Positions 18,952 through 30,887 of a stretch of 64,000 nucleotides of DNA are shown here, piece after piece. This DNA is from Flavobacteriales bacterium (GTDB lineage Bacteria; Bacteroidota; Bacteroidia; Flavobacteriales_D; CAJJDF01), in NCBI GenBank assembly GCA_965660305.1, contig CBFHZD010000010.1, positions 5,591 to 69,590 of the forward strand, in the 5' to 3' direction. Within the stretch, counting starts at the first letter, position 1. Each line of letters opens with the position of its first letter. A program made the position numbers and the translations under genes. Below the pieces are notes generated by a model. The model saw only the letters and a program-made list of their open reading frames with translations, made no database searches and was not told the origin of the DNA.

Positions 18952-20076
18952 TTATTTTATTCTCTTTTCCGTTTGCCCGGTCAATCCATAGAGATTATTC
19001 AAAATTCTTTTCATAGATTCTGAACTATCGTCTTTATACCTTGCCTCAATCATAGGTAAAACCTCAGTAATATAGGCGTCTCTTTCTGCTTTGGCCTTGT
19101 CGTATTTTGCCGCTTCAGTATAATCAATCTCGTTCATTGCTTCGTTCATGATTACAATCTTATTGTAATGAACCACAGCCATATCAGTTTTCAACTCTTC
19201 CATTTCTGGTTTCAATGCCAAAGCTTTTTTATAAGCTATTATGGCCGCATCAAACAGATCCATATTTGAATAGATAATGGCCGCAGCATATTGCAATTGA
19301 AAGTTATTTGGATCATTTTTTAGCGCATCTTCTAAAGAAGCTTTGGCTTTGTCGTACTCCTTGTTATCCGCAAAAATTTGAGCTTCATTTAAGATTACAG
19401 CAGGATCTCCTTTATATTTAGTTTTTGCCTCCGCAATTGTAGCATTTGCTTTTTCTATTGCCCCCATTTTTTTATACGCATCTGCCAACTTCAAATACAC
19501 GTCAGCTCCTCCATATCCGTATTTTATGCACTTTTTATAGTTAATTTCTGCTGCTTCGTAATTCTCAATCAACACTGCCGACATACCAGCATTATAGGCT
19601 CCAATTGTATCCACTAAACCTATAATATCTCCATAAACTTGAGAAGCTGTAAAATTCGAAAAAGCCTTTTTATAGTCTTGGCTATTGTAGGCTTCTATTC
19701 CTCCATTAAGACTTCCGTTATACATTGGCCCTGCGATTTTCCTCAAATCATTTTGATAATATCCTTTCTTATCATAATGCTTTGTTTTTTGCAATGCACT
19801 CACTACTTCAGCCGAAACATCCATAGATTCTTTAATTTTCATTGCTTCTTCCGATTTCATTCCGGCAATACCAGCATAAATTGCAGCTTTCCAACTCCAA
19901 GTTTTGGCTTGGGTGCTTGTACTTTCATTTTCAATGGCTTTATCAATGTAAGGCTTTGCTTTGACAAACTGGTTTTTCTTTGCCAGCATAATTGCTGATG
20001 TAACGTTCTTTTTTTGGGAAAAACCTGCAAAAGCAGTTCCAATTATGATCGACACAAGTACTAGATTTTTTTTCAT
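18952..20076 (-). CDS. TPR-repeat protein, secreted
   Basis: Signal peptide MKKNLVLVSIIIGTAFAGFSQ (start moved to the ATG at 20074-20076) and repeated A..Y...G/A..A TPR-like helices. Confidence 0.75.
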   Translation of the reverse strand: MKKNLVLVSIIIGTAFAGFSQKKNVTSAIMLAKKNQFVKAKPYIDKAIENESTSTQAKTWSWKAAIYAGIAGMKSEEAMKIKESMDVSAEVVSALQKTKHYDKKGYYQNDLRKIAGPMYNGSLNGGIEAYNSQDYKKAFSNFTASQVYGDIIGLVDTIGAYNAGMSAVLIENYEAAEINYKKCIKYGYGGADVYLKLADAYKKMGAIEKANATIAEAKTKYKGDPAVILNEAQIFADNKEYDKAKASLEDALKNDPNNFQLQYAAAIIYSNMDLFDAAIIAYKKALALKPEMEELKTDMAVVHYNKIVIMNEAMNEIDYTEAAKYDKAKAERDAYITEVLPMIEARYKDDSSESMKRILNNLYGLTGQTEKRIK

Positions 20077-20246
20077 GGTTGTATTATTTGTTTTATTTAT
20101 TAGATGCAACTCTTTCAAAATTGCATAAAGTTTTATTCAAGAACATTGCCAAAACCTTCTGTGGTTTTTGTTTAAGAATTACTTAACATTCACGATGAGA
20201 ACAAATATAACAATGTTTCCATTTCATTGCAAAGTTTGACTTCAAC

Positions 20247-20278
20247 AAAAAAGGCTTGTTCCCATAGAAACAAGCCTT
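20247..20278 (-). terminator. Rho-independent terminator of gyrA
   Basis: Arms aaggcttgtt / aacaagcctt. A T-run follows on the minus strand. Confidence 0.65.
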
Positions 20279-20301
20279 ATGATTATTGAAAATCAATCTA
20301 T

Positions 20302-22836
20302 TTATTCTTCTGAGTCATCAACTACGGGAGAGTCATCTCCTTCCAACTCAGTTCCAGACAAATCAACTACTTCATCTGCCTCTTCATCTTCTTCTCCTCC
20401 ACCCACAATTTTGGCAACAGCCGCAATGGAGTCATTTCCTTTCAGATTGATCAATCGAACACCCTGGGTAGCTCTACCCATTACTCTCAAACCAGAAACT
20501 TTTAATCTAATTACAATACCAGATTTGTTGATTATCATCAGGTCATCCTCGTCCACTACGTTTTTAATAGAGATTAATTGACCTGTTTTTTCACTGATGT
20601 TAATTGTTTTAACTCCTTTTCCTCCTCTTTTGGTTATTCTGTAATCCGAGATTACCGAACGCTTTCCGTATCCGTTTTGAGAAACAACCATCACATTTGC
20701 TGTATCATCTTCAACGCAAATCATACCAACGACTTCATCTTTCTTCTCATCAGTCAATCTAATTCCTCTAACTCCCGAAGCTGTTCTTCCCATAGATCGA
20801 ACATCTTGCTCATTAAATCGTATGGCTTTTCCTGATTTCAGGGCCATCATGATTTCATTAGTACCGTTCGTTATTTTTGCTTCTAAAAGTTGATCGTCTT
20901 CTCTAATTGTAATCGCATTAATCCCATTTGTTCTTGGTCTAGAATAGGACTCCAAGGTAGTTTTCTTTATTACACCCTTTTTAGTACACATAATGATGAA
21001 ATTATTTTTGATGTAATCTTCATCTTTCAAATCCTGTGTATTGATGTAAGCCATTACCTTATCATCTTGCTCGATATTAATTAAGTTTTGGATAGCTCTT
21101 CCTTTAGAAGTTTTTCCTCCCTCCGGAATTTCAAATACTCTCATCCAGAAACACTTTCCTTTTTCGGTAAACACCAATAAATAATTGTGGTTTGTTGCCA
21201 CAAACAATTCTTGAATAAAATCTTTGTCTCTTGTTGTACTTCCTTTAGATCCAACTCCACCTCTATTCTGAACTCTGTATTCTGACAGTGATGTTCTTTT
21301 GATGTAACCAGCATGTGAAATTGTAACAACAACCTCGTTGTCAGGAATTAAGTCTTCAATCCTCATTTCATTGGCAGAATATTCAATTACTGACCTTCTG
21401 TCATCTCCGTACTTCTCTTTAATGTAAACTAATTCTTCTTTGATGATTGACATTCTTTTGTCTTCATTTTCAAGGATTTCCTTTAAACCAGCAATAGTTT
21501 TCATTAGCTCATCATACTCAGCTCTAAGTTTATCTTGCTCTAGTCCGGTAAGTTGTCTCAGTCTCATTTCTACAATAGCACGAGATTGAATTTCAGACAG
21601 ATTAAATCTTTCAATTAATTTATCTCTTGCCTCATCAGGACTTTTTGAAGCTCTAATCAGTTTGATTACCTCGTCAATATTATCAGAAGCAATAATTAAT
21701 CCTTCTAAGATGTGAGCTCTTTCTTCAGCTTTTCTAAGTTCAAACTTAGTTCTTCTGATAATCACTTCATGCCTATGCTCAACAAAATAATGAATCAGTT
21801 GTTTTAGATTCAATAACTCTGGCCTTCCATCTACTAAGCAAATGTTATTTACTGAAAATGAAGTTTGTAGTGCTGTGTATTTAAACAGCTTGTTTAAAAC
21901 AACATTAGGAATCGCATCTCTTTTTAGTTCATAAACGATACGCATTCCATTTCTATCTGATTCATCTCTGATGTCAGAAATACCTGTAATTTTTTCATCG
22001 TTTACTAGGTCCGCTGTTTTCTTAATCATGTCACCCTTATTCACTTGGTAAGGGATTTCTGTAACAATAATTGCTTCTCTTCCTTCTCTTATTTCTTCGA
22101 TAGAGGCTTTTGCTCTCATCACAATTCGCCCTCTTCCTGTTTCAAAAGCTTGTTTCACACCTTCGTACCCATAAATAATTCCTCCCGTTGGAAAATCAGG
22201 CGCTTTTACGTGCTCCATCAATTCCGAAATTTCAATATCTCGGTTATCAATGTATGCAATTGTTGCATCAATAGTCTCTGACAAATTATGAGGTGCCATG
22301 TTTGTGGCCATTCCTACTGCAATACCACTTCCTCCGTTCACAAGAAGACCTGGGATTTTTGTAGGTAATACAGTCGGCTCCATCAATGAGTCATCAAAGT
22401 TTGGAGAAAAATCAACCGTTTCTTTATCAATGTCGTTCAGCATTTCCTCAGCAATCTTTCTCAATCTCGCTTCAGTGTACCTCATTGCTGCAGGGTTGTC
22501 TCCATCAATTGATCCAAAGTTTCCTTGCCCATCCACCAAAGGATAACGCAAAGACCAATCTTGAGCCATTCGAACCATTGTATCATACACGGATGTATCA
22601 CCGTGTGGATGATACTTACCTAAAACTTCCCCAACAATTCTCGCTGATTTTTTATGCGCTTTTCCTGCAGTTACTCCTAAATCCAACATTCCGTACAATA
22701 CCCTTCTGTGAACTGGTTTTAATCCATCCCTCACATCTGGTAATGCTCTTGAAACAATAACCGACATTGAATAATCAATGTAGGCTGACTTCATTTCTTC
22801 GTCAATATTTATTGGTATAATTTTCCCTCCTGCCAT
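20302..22836 (-). CDS. gyrA: DNA gyrase subunit A
   Basis: 844 aa. [19 protein letters not shown] (catalytic Tyr), C-terminal beta-pinwheel repeats and an acidic tail. Confidence 0.97.
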   Translation of the reverse strand: MAGGKIIPINIDEEMKSAYIDYSMSVIVSRALPDVRDGLKPVHRRVLYGMLDLGVTAGKAHKKSARIVGEVLGKYHPHGDTSVYDTMVRMAQDWSLRYPLVDGQGNFGSIDGDNPAAMRYTEARLRKIAEEMLNDIDKETVDFSPNFDDSLMEPTVLPTKIPGLLVNGGSGIAVGMATNMAPHNLSETIDATIAYIDNRDIEISELMEHVKAPDFPTGGIIYGYEGVKQAFETGRGRIVMRAKASIEEIREGREAIIVTEIPYQVNKGDMIKKTADLVNDEKITGISDIRDESDRNGMRIVYELKRDAIPNVVLNKLFKYTALQTSFSVNNICLVDGRPELLNLKQLIHYFVEHRHEVIIRRTKFELRKAEERAHILEGLIIASDNIDEVIKLIRASKSPDEARDKLIERFNLSEIQSRAIVEMRLRQLTGLEQDKLRAEYDELMKTIAGLKEILENEDKRMSIIKEELVYIKEKYGDDRRSVIEYSANEMRIEDLIPDNEVVVTISHAGYIKRTSLSEYRVQNRGGVGSKGSTTRDKDFIQELFVATNHNYLLVFTEKGKCFWMRVFEIPEGGKTSKGRAIQNLINIEQDDKVMAYINTQDLKDEDYIKNNFIIMCTKKGVIKKTTLESYSRPRTNGINAITIREDDQLLEAKITNGTNEIMMALKSGKAIRFNEQDVRSMGRTASGVRGIRLTDEKKDEVVGMICVEDDTANVMVVSQNGYGKRSVISDYRITKRGGKGVKTINISEKTGQLISIKNVVDEDDLMIINKSGIVIRLKVSGLRVMGRATQGVRLINLKGNDSIAAVAKIVGGGEEDEEADEVVDLSGTELEGDDSPVVDDSEE

Positions 22837-23087
22837 TTAGACTTGAATTTTGTTTATAATCGGTTTAACTTAGACTAATGAACGAAATTCTTCGACAAAA
22901 ATGTCACAGAAAAACAATCGCTCATTAACCTCTCGAAAGTACAATTTTGAAACCTTTTTACCTTAATAGATGAACTTCTAATTACTAACAAAATTATGTT
23001 GATAATGGAAATGGAATATTTATTGCTATAAAGAATAAAAAACTACTTTTATTACAAGGAGAATATTCTTAAAAACAAACTATCACT

Positions 23088-25640
23088 ATGGAAGCAAATT
23101 TTTCACCAAGAGTTAACGATGTCATCTCTTTTTCAAGAGAAGAAGCCTTACGTCTCGGTCACGATTATATTGGAGCAGAACATTTATTACTAGGCCTAAT
23201 TAGAGAAGGCGAAGGCTCTGCAATTAAAGCTATTGTTGGTTTGGGAGTCGACCTCACCAAACTAAGAAACGAAATTGAAAAAATAGCAAAACCTACCTCA
23301 GTTATGTCAGTTTCGCTGGGAAACATTCCTTTGCTAAAACAAGCCGAAAAAATATTAAAAATGATGTATTTGGAGGCCAAGGTAATGCGAAGCGAAAAAA
23401 TAGGAACTGAGCATCTTCTGCTATCATTATTAAAGAATGATGACAATATTGCAGCGAAAGTTTTAGAAAACAACGACATTGACTATGACATGATCAAACA
23501 ACAATTTGAAGCCGAACAAGAATTTGAGGCTGGTGGAGACATTCAATCAAGTTTTCCCGACTCGGGAGCTGGATCGGGAGAAGATGAAAGTGGAGATTTT
23601 CCAGGAAGAGGTAGCTCTTCTGGAAGAAAAACAAGTTCTTCATCTAAATCAAAAACGCCAGTTTTGGATAATTTCGGAAGAGATTTGACCAAGTTTGCCG
23701 AAGAAGGAAAGTTAGATCCTGTGGTTGGAAGACAAGATGAAATCGAGCGAGTTTCTCAGATATTGAGTCGTAGAAAAAAGAACAACCCAATTTTGATTGG
23801 TGAGCCAGGAGTGGGTAAATCAGCCATTGCCGAGGGATTAGCTTTAAGGATTGTACAAAGGAAGGTGTCAAGAGTATTGTTCGATAAAAGAATCGTTTCG
23901 CTTGACCTAACTTCTTTAGTTGCGGGTACAAAGTACCGAGGGCAATTTGAAGAGAGAATGAAAGCTCTGATGAATGAATTAGAAAAATCTCCGGATGTAA
24001 TTTTGTTTATTGACGAAATTCATACGATTATAGGTGCGGGAGGTGCTTCTGGATCTATGGATGCTTCCAACATGTTTAAACCAGCCTTGGCAAGAGGTGA
24101 GATTCAAGTAATTGGAGCAACTACTCTAGATGAATACAGACAGCATATCGAGAAAGATGGAGCGCTAGAAAGACGTTTCCAAAAAGTATTGGTGGAACCA
24201 ACTACTGTGGAAGAAACCATAGAAATTTTGAATAACATTAAAAACAGATATGAAGATCATCACCTAGTAACATACACACCTGACGCAATTGAAGCTTGTG
24301 TAAATCTTACTGCACGGTATATGACTGACAGGTTTTTGCCAGACAAAGCGATTGATGCAATGGATGAGGTAGGTTCTCGTGTTCATATCACCAACATCAA
24401 TGTTCCTCAATCTATTATTGACGTAGAGAAAGCAATTGAAGATATAAAAGAAAAGAAATCTTCGGTTGTGAAAAGACAAAAATACGAGGAGGCTGCTCAG
24501 TTGAGAGACGAAGAAAGACAACTTCAGGAAAAGCTGGAGATTGAAAAGAAAAAGTGGGAAGAAGAAACTGAAAACGACCGAGAAGTTGTATCAGAAGAAA
24601 ATGTAGCAGAGGTTGTTTCTATGATGACTGGAATTCCTGTTCAGCGTGTGGCAGAAAAAGAAACTGGCCGATTGAAAGAAATGGCTAACAACTTACAAGG
24701 AACTGTTATTGGTCAGGATGATGCGATTAAAAAGATTGTAAAAGCCATTCAGAGAAACAGAGCCGGACTTAAAGATCCAAACAAACCGATTGGTTCATTT
24801 ATCTTTTTGGGGCCAACTGGTGTGGGTAAAACACAATTAGCAAAAGAATTAGCGAAATACTTATTTGATACCGAGGAATCTCTCATCCGTATTGACATGA
24901 GTGAATATATGGAGAAATTTTCCGTTTCTAGACTGGTGGGAGCGCCTCCGGGATATGTAGGCTATGAAGAAGGTGGACAACTAACAGAAAAAGTGAGAAG
25001 AAAACCCTACTCTATTATATTACTTGATGAAATTGAAAAAGCACATCCAGATGTCTTTAATTTATTGTTGCAAGCGCTAGATGACGGTCAACTGACAGAT
25101 AGTCTAGGAAGAAAAATTGACTTCCGTAATACAGTTATCATTATGACCTCGAACATTGGGGCTCGTCAGTTGCAAGATTTTGGTACTGGTGTTGGATTTG
25201 GAACGAAAGCAAAAAAAGAAAGTGTTGACAAGGATACTCAAGCTGTTATCCAATCTGCTTTAAAAAAGGCTTTTGCGCCAGAATTCCTCAATAGAATCGA
25301 TGATTTGATCTTGTTCAATTCATTAAGTAAAGAGGACATTCATAAAATTATTGATATAGAACTATCTAAATTATACAAGAGAATCGATGAACTTGGTTTC
25401 AATATTGAACTGACCGACAAAGCAAAAGATTTTATTGCTGACAAAGGTTACGATTCAAAATATGGAGCAAGACCATTGAAGCGTTCGATCCAAAAATACT
25501 TGGAAGATCCTTTGGCTGAACAAATTATCCAACATGAAATTGGAGATGGAGACAAATTGGTAGTGGATTACGATACAAAAAAAGAAGAGATTGTAATTAA
25601 ACCCAAAAAGAGCAGAAAGAAAAAAAGTTCAGAAGGATAA
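23088..25640 (+). CDS. clpC: ATP-dependent Clp protease ATP-binding subunit (ClpC-type)
   Basis: Clp_N repeats, two Walker A motifs (GEPGVGKSA, GPTGVGKTQ), a UVR-like KYEEAAQLRDEE motif, 850 aa. Confidence 0.93.
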   Translation: MEANFSPRVNDVISFSREEALRLGHDYIGAEHLLLGLIREGEGSAIKAIVGLGVDLTKLRNEIEKIAKPTSVMSVSLGNIPLLKQAEKILKMMYLEAKVMRSEKIGTEHLLLSLLKNDDNIAAKVLENNDIDYDMIKQQFEAEQEFEAGGDIQSSFPDSGAGSGEDESGDFPGRGSSSGRKTSSSSKSKTPVLDNFGRDLTKFAEEGKLDPVVGRQDEIERVSQILSRRKKNNPILIGEPGVGKSAIAEGLALRIVQRKVSRVLFDKRIVSLDLTSLVAGTKYRGQFEERMKALMNELEKSPDVILFIDEIHTIIGAGGASGSMDASNMFKPALARGEIQVIGATTLDEYRQHIEKDGALERRFQKVLVEPTTVEETIEILNNIKNRYEDHHLVTYTPDAIEACVNLTARYMTDRFLPDKAIDAMDEVGSRVHITNINVPQSIIDVEKAIEDIKEKKSSVVKRQKYEEAAQLRDEERQLQEKLEIEKKKWEEETENDREVVSEENVAEVVSMMTGIPVQRVAEKETGRLKEMANNLQGTVIGQDDAIKKIVKAIQRNRAGLKDPNKPIGSFIFLGPTGVGKTQLAKELAKYLFDTEESLIRIDMSEYMEKFSVSRLVGAPPGYVGYEEGGQLTEKVRRKPYSIILLDEIEKAHPDVFNLLLQALDDGQLTDSLGRKIDFRNTVIIMTSNIGARQLQDFGTGVGFGTKAKKESVDKDTQAVIQSALKKAFAPEFLNRIDDLILFNSLSKEDIHKIIDIELSKLYKRIDELGFNIELTDKAKDFIADKGYDSKYGARPLKRSIQKYLEDPLAEQIIQHEIGDGDKLVVDYDTKKEEIVIKPKKSRKKKSSEG

Positions 25641-25665
25641 ACAAATTAAACTTTTACCAAGGATT

Positions 25666-25699
25666 AGCCCATTTGATTCACATCAAATGGGCTTTTTTT
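25666..25699 (+). terminator. Rho-independent terminator of clpC
   Basis: Perfect 12-bp arms agcccatttgat / atcaaatgggct, a 4-nt loop, then T6. Confidence 0.8.
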
Positions 25700-25753
25700 A
25701 TGTAGGATTTTCTTTCAGTTTTCGTAATTTCATCCACTTAAAAATTTGATCCA

Positions 25754-28075
25754 GTGAAAGTTTGCATTGCCGAAAAGCCAAGTGTAGCAAGAGAAATTGC
25801 CCAAATATTAGGAGCCGATTCAAAAAAGAATGGCTACTATGAAGGGAATGGCTATGCTGTAACATACACTTTTGGTCATTTGTGTACACTTTTGGAACCT
25901 AGCGATTATCACCCGCAATGGAAAAGCTGGGATTTAAATATTCTACCCATGTTACCTGAGCGATTCGAAACAAAGGTAAATTCGAATGAAGGCGTTCGTA
26001 AACAATTTGAAGTTATTAAATCTTTGTTTGACCAAGCCTCCGTTGTGATAAACTGTGGGGATGCAGGAACCGAAGGAGAGTTAATTCAGCGGTGGGTAAT
26101 CAACCAATGTGACTACAAAGGTGAAGTACAAAGGTTGTGGATTTCCTCCTTGACTGAGGAAGCCATAAAAGACGGATTCCAGAACCTAAAACCAGCCGAG
26201 AATTACGACAACTTGTATTATGCTGGATTTTCAAGAGCTATTGGCGATTGGCTACTTGGCCTGAATGCCACGCGACTATTCACAGTGAAATATGGAGGCT
26301 ACAAACAAGTGCTTTCTGTAGGAAGAGTTCAAACTCCTACCCTGGCAATGCTGGTGAATCGATACAAGGAAATTAAAAACTTTGTGCCTCAACCTTATTG
26401 GGAGCTACAAACCACTTACCGAGAGACACTCTTTAGCTACGAAGAAGGTAGATTTACAAAACAAGAGGAAGGAAAAAAACTAGCGGACAAAGTAAAAGAA
26501 TCTGATTTTGAAGTTGTATCGGTAACCAAAAAAAAGGGCAAAGAATATGCTCCTAAATTATTTGATTTAACTGGATTGCAAGTGTATTGCAACACTAAGT
26601 TTGGATTCTCGGCAGACGAAACTCTAAAAACAGTTCAGAAACTATATGAAATGAAGGTAGTTACTTACCCTAGGGTTGACACCACTTTTTTGCCGAACGA
26701 TGTGTATCCAAAAGTTGCTGGAATATTATCGAAGCTAAGTAATTATCAATCTCTAACTCAGCCTTTGTTGGGAGATAAAATTAGAAAATCGAAAAAGGTA
26801 TTTGATGATAAAAAAGTTACCGATCACCATGCCATTATCCCTACGGGAATGCAAAGTCATTTGCAACACAACCAACAAAAGGTGTACGATATTATTACCC
26901 GAAGATTCATAGGTGTGTTTTACCCAGACTCTGAAGTTTCCAATTCTACAGTGATGGGGCAAGTTGCTGATGTTCCTTTTAAAACTACTGGAAAAGAAAT
27001 TCTTTCTAAAGGCTGGCGAGTTGTGTTTGAATCTTCCGAGGCTTCCCAAGACAACAAATCAAATAAAGAACAGGCAGTTTTACCCAATTTTGTAAAAGGG
27101 GAAAAAGGACCTCACGAACCTTCTTTTTTGGAAAAAGAGACAAAACCTCCCAGAAATTTTACGGAAGCTAGTCTCTTGAGAGCGATGGAAACAGCTGGAA
27201 AACAAGTTGATGATGATGAGATGAGAGAACTTATGAAAGAAAACGGAATTGGCCGTCCTTCTACGAGAGCGAGCATCATTGAAACCTTGTTCAGAAGGAA
27301 ATACATAGAAAGACAAAAAAAATTAGTCGTTCCTACTGAAACCGGAATTGGATTGATTGATTTGATTGACAATGAATTATTGAAATCAGCTGAACTGACT
27401 GGAAGATGGGAGAAAAGACTGAAAGAAATAGAACGTGGAGATTTTAAAGCTGGAGAATTCATACATAACATGAAGAAAATGGTGTATGAGTTGGTGCAAG
27501 AGGTAAAAGCTAACCATACAGTAAAAAGAATTACCTCTAATACACCTGAAGTAAAACCCAGCTCAACCAAAATAAAATCCTCAAAAAAAACTACTTCAAA
27601 AAGAAAAAAAGAAGTTGTGGGCAAGTCTTGTCCTAAATGCGAATCTGGGAAACTCCTAAAAGGCAGTAAGGCTTATGGCTGTTCCAATTACAAAAATGGT
27701 TGCCAGTTTATTCTTCCGTTCAAAATGCATGGAAAGAAAATATCAGAAAACCAACTCGTGAGACTTCTTGACAAAGGAAGCACCACAAACCTTAAAGGTT
27801 TTGACTCGGGTAACGGAAAAATTGAAGGGAAAATTAGTTTTGATTCTGAATTTGGCATTAAGTTAGTCGCTAAGGAAACAAAAAAACAAAGTAATTCAAA
27901 AGATATTCTTTGTCCCAAATGCAAAAAAGGTACAATTCTGAAAGGGAAAACTGCCTATGGATGTTCTGAATTTAAAACGGGATGTGATTTCCTTTTCCCT
28001 TTTCAGAAAATTAAAGAACAAGCTGACGGAAATCCACTAACCAAAGAATTGGTATTGGAAATTATATCGAGATAG
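25754..28075 (+). CDS. topB: DNA topoisomerase III with two C-terminal Cys4 zinc ribbons
   Basis: GTG start. KVCIAEKPSVAREIA (Toprim), VTYPRVDT (catalytic Tyr region), and two CPKC...GC..(Y/F)K.GC repeats. Confidence 0.9.
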   Translation: MKVCIAEKPSVAREIAQILGADSKKNGYYEGNGYAVTYTFGHLCTLLEPSDYHPQWKSWDLNILPMLPERFETKVNSNEGVRKQFEVIKSLFDQASVVINCGDAGTEGELIQRWVINQCDYKGEVQRLWISSLTEEAIKDGFQNLKPAENYDNLYYAGFSRAIGDWLLGLNATRLFTVKYGGYKQVLSVGRVQTPTLAMLVNRYKEIKNFVPQPYWELQTTYRETLFSYEEGRFTKQEEGKKLADKVKESDFEVVSVTKKKGKEYAPKLFDLTGLQVYCNTKFGFSADETLKTVQKLYEMKVVTYPRVDTTFLPNDVYPKVAGILSKLSNYQSLTQPLLGDKIRKSKKVFDDKKVTDHHAIIPTGMQSHLQHNQQKVYDIITRRFIGVFYPDSEVSNSTVMGQVADVPFKTTGKEILSKGWRVVFESSEASQDNKSNKEQAVLPNFVKGEKGPHEPSFLEKETKPPRNFTEASLLRAMETAGKQVDDDEMRELMKENGIGRPSTRASIIETLFRRKYIERQKKLVVPTETGIGLIDLIDNELLKSAELTGRWEKRLKEIERGDFKAGEFIHNMKKMVYELVQEVKANHTVKRITSNTPEVKPSSTKIKSSKKTTSKRKKEVVGKSCPKCESGKLLKGSKAYGCSNYKNGCQFILPFKMHGKKISENQLVRLLDKGSTTNLKGFDSGNGKIEGKISFDSEFGIKLVAKETKKQSNSKDILCPKCKKGTILKGKTAYGCSEFKTGCDFLFPFQKIKEQADGNPLTKELVLEIISR

Positions 28076-28078
28076 GAT

Positions 28079-29317
28079 TTATTTCTTTTTCTTCTTTTTA
28101 ATTTTCTTGTCCAGTTCAGCAATTTGCCCCATCAATTCTTTCACACTCAAACTCGTGTCTTCACTAAAATCGACTGTTTGTCTGTAATCGTCTTGCTTTA
28201 GTTCCAATACTTTAATTGGCTTTCCTACAAATTTCTCGATTTCGACAAGTAAAGGTTTTTCTTCGTTGGAGCAAAAAGAAACAGCATCACCCTTTTCTTT
28301 ACCTCGACCAGTTCTTCCAATTCTGTGAACGTAATTTTCGGCTACTTCTGGTAAATCATAATTCACTACGTAATCCACATTTGCGATATCAATTCCTCTT
28401 GCCGAAACATCGGTAGCTATCATGACATTCACTTTTCCCGTTCTAAAAAAATTCATTACCGAACTCCTATCCTTCTGCGCCTTGTCACCATGAATAGTCA
28501 TAGATTCAATTTCTACTCTATCCATTGCTTTCTTCACTCTTTCGGCACGTACTTTTGTTCTTACAAAAACCAATATTTTACTTTTTGGATTCTCTTTTAT
28601 CAGTCTTTCAAGAAAAAAACGTTTGTCTTCCATTTTCACAAAAGCGACAGAGTGCTTTATATTTTTGGAAACTGGATCCTTGGGTGCAATTTGAATTCGA
28701 ATTGCATTGCTCTTGATTAGGTCATAAGCTGTTTTCTTAATTTTTGCATTAATCGTTGCAGAAAAAAAGAGTGTTTGCCTCACCTTTGGCATTCTTTCCA
28801 TCACATCTACGATGTCTTTTTTGAATCCTAAGTCGAGCATATGATCTGCCTCATCCAACACCAAGGTTTTTACTTTGTCTAGGTTCAAAAATCGCTGATG
28901 ATGCAAATCAAACATTCTTCCCGGAGTCGTTACCAATACATCTACTCCTTTTAATAACTTGGTAATTTGCGCTTCTTGATCCACTCCACCAAACAATGCA
29001 AGCGTATTAACCCGTGTTCCTTTCCCTAGTTTATTGAATACTTCTCCAATTTGTTGAGCCAGCTCTCTTGTGGGAACCATGACCAAAGCTCTGATTACAG
29101 ATTCTTTGTTGTTCCGTTTTTTCTTTTGAATGTCGTTGATGATCGGAATGGCAAAAGCAGCAGTTTTTCCAGTTCCAGTTTGAGCAATTGCCAGTAAGTC
29201 TTCTCCTTTCATAATGGCAGGAATAGACTTATATTGAATATCTGTGGGTTTTTTAAACCCTATTTTCTCCAGATTATTTATAATTTCTGGCGTAAAGCTG
29301 TATTGACTGAATTTCAT
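28079..29317 (-). CDS. DEAD-box ATP-dependent RNA helicase
   Basis: AQTGTGKT, DEAD, SAT, HRIGRTGR motifs and a poly-K tail. Confidence 0.92.
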   Translation of the reverse strand: MKFSQYSFTPEIINNLEKIGFKKPTDIQYKSIPAIMKGEDLLAIAQTGTGKTAAFAIPIINDIQKKKRNNKESVIRALVMVPTRELAQQIGEVFNKLGKGTRVNTLALFGGVDQEAQITKLLKGVDVLVTTPGRMFDLHHQRFLNLDKVKTLVLDEADHMLDLGFKKDIVDVMERMPKVRQTLFFSATINAKIKKTAYDLIKSNAIRIQIAPKDPVSKNIKHSVAFVKMEDKRFFLERLIKENPKSKILVFVRTKVRAERVKKAMDRVEIESMTIHGDKAQKDRSSVMNFFRTGKVNVMIATDVSARGIDIANVDYVVNYDLPEVAENYVHRIGRTGRGKEKGDAVSFCSNEEKPLLVEIEKFVGKPIKVLELKQDDYRQTVDFSEDTSLSVKELMGQIAELDKKIKKKKKK

Positions 29318-29342
29318 GGTGTAAAGATAAGGTTTATTCCTA

Positions 29343-30887
29343 CTACCAACTAATTGGCATGTAATCTTTCAAAAACTGACCATTCCAATGTTTACCTGTG
29401 TTTATTCCATCAATTAATGGGTCTAGCACTCGGGCAGCTCCATCTACTATATCCAGCGGTGGCTGAAAGTCATGCTCCTCTTCTTTCTTTTTGGATAATT
29501 GAACTGGATCTTCGTCTGTTACCCAACCGGTGTCCACAGCATTCATAAACACACCATCTTTGCCAAACTCACTTGCCGAAGTATGTGTCATCATATTCAA
29601 GGCAGCTTTAGCCATGTTAGTGTGTGGATGTCGAGATATTTTATGAAATGTATGGAATTTTCCTTCCATAGCTGAAACATTGATGATGTGTTTTTTACCT
29701 GTATTTACTTTACGCATTAGATTAGACAATCTATTAACCAAAACAAACGGAGCCACAGCGTTGACCAATTGTACTTCTACCATTTCTAGGGTTTCAATTT
29801 CACCCAGTTTTAATCGCCAACTGTTTGTTTTTCTTAAATCTACTTGCTGCAAATCAGCATCTAATTTCCCCTCTGGAAACACTTCTTTACTCGCAATCGC
29901 ATTATCAAAACTATATGGAATTTGCGATAATTTTGCCGAAGCACTTATCCCAATTCCAGGGCGATTACTATGCCAAGAAACCGGTAAATTCTTCTTATCC
30001 ATCGTTTTTTCCGAGAACTCATTCAATTCATCCAAACATAGCTTATGGTCTTTTAGTAATTCTCTTGCTTTTTCAGGGATTTGGTCAAATGGTTTTTCTT
30101 CCCATTCCATCATGTGCGCATAAAAACCAGCTGGTCTTCTTACCGTTTGTGCCGCATTGTTTATCAAAATATCTAATCGGTCAAACTTAGATTCAATGAA
30201 GTTACAGAAAATCTCTACACTAGGAATATGTCTTAAATCCAACCCGTGAATGTGCAAACGGTCTTTCCATTCGTGATAATCTTCTTCTTTGGAAAAACGA
30301 ATGGCAGAATCTACAGGAAACCGCGTGGTTGCAACAACTTCTGCTCCAGATCGCAGTAAAATTAGAGTAATGTGATAACCTATTTTCAATCTAGAACCAG
30401 TAACTACTGCCACTTGCCCTGTTAAATCAGCTGTTTGAAAACGCTTGGCGTAATTGAAATCTCCACAAGACTCACACATGGTATCATAAAAATGATGCAG
30501 CTCCGTGAATTCTTTTTTACACACATAGCAATTCCGGGGACTTTCAAGTGTTCCTCTACTTTTCGAATTTGGATTTTCCAGCATTTTTGGAGCAACAAAC
30601 ACGGCATCTTCTCTGGCACTTCGGATTCCTGTGTTTTTACGAGCGTGTTTTTCTCTTTCCCTTTTTTTCCTTTGTGCAGCTTTTTTAGCGTTTTTAACTC
30701 TTACCTCCTGCTCTTCCTTAGTTGGTCGCGACAATTTACCTGCAGCTATCATCAGCTCCTTTCGTTTTTCTTTGGAAAGTTCAAAAATCTGATTGGTGTT
30801 TTCCAATAAGTTCTCAAGAGTTGCAATACACTGATCTATTTCCTCTGACGTGAGGTTTTTCTTCTCTTCGCTGTTCATTTCATTCAT
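29343..30887 (-). CDS. Atypical SDR-fold oxidoreductase with an N-terminal coiled-coil/basic region and a Cys4 module
   Basis: The N-terminal ~150 aa is K/R/E-rich, followed by [26 protein letters not shown]. The Rossmann part has [13 protein letters not shown] and [14 protein letters not shown] sits where YxxxK is expected. Confidence 0.7.
   Translation of the reverse strand: MNEMNSEEKKNLTSEEIDQCIATLENLLENTNQIFELSKEKRKELMIAAGKLSRPTKEEQEVRVKNAKKAAQRKKREREKHARKNTGIRSAREDAVFVAPKMLENPNSKSRGTLESPRNCYVCKKEFTELHHFYDTMCESCGDFNYAKRFQTADLTGQVAVVTGSRLKIGYHITLILLRSGAEVVATTRFPVDSAIRFSKEEDYHEWKDRLHIHGLDLRHIPSVEIFCNFIESKFDRLDILINNAAQTVRRPAGFYAHMMEWEEKPFDQIPEKARELLKDHKLCLDELNEFSEKTMDKKNLPVSWHSNRPGIGISASAKLSQIPYSFDNAIASKEVFPEGKLDADLQQVDLRKTNSWRLKLGEIETLEMVEVQLVNAVAPFVLVNRLSNLMRKVNTGKKHIINVSAMEGKFHTFHKISRHPHTNMAKAALNMMTHTSASEFGKDGVFMNAVDTGWVTDEDPVQLSKKKEEEHDFQPPLDIVDGAARVLDPLIDGINTGKHWNGQFLKDYMPISW

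Noticed and set aside
20279-22760. Several plus-strand ORFs of 64-124 aa (e.g. 20279..20581, 22298..22546, 22386..22760) inside gyrA
   Set aside because: They are antisense shadows of an unambiguous 844-aa gyrA. Their composition is low-complexity or Ser/Phe/Ile-rich, as is typical of reverse frames in AT-rich genes.
27080-27924. Minus-strand ORFs of 78-170 aa inside topB, and similar plus-strand ORFs (29680..30190, 30435..30809) inside the SDR gene
   Set aside because: They are antisense to well-supported genes and contain no recognisable motifs.
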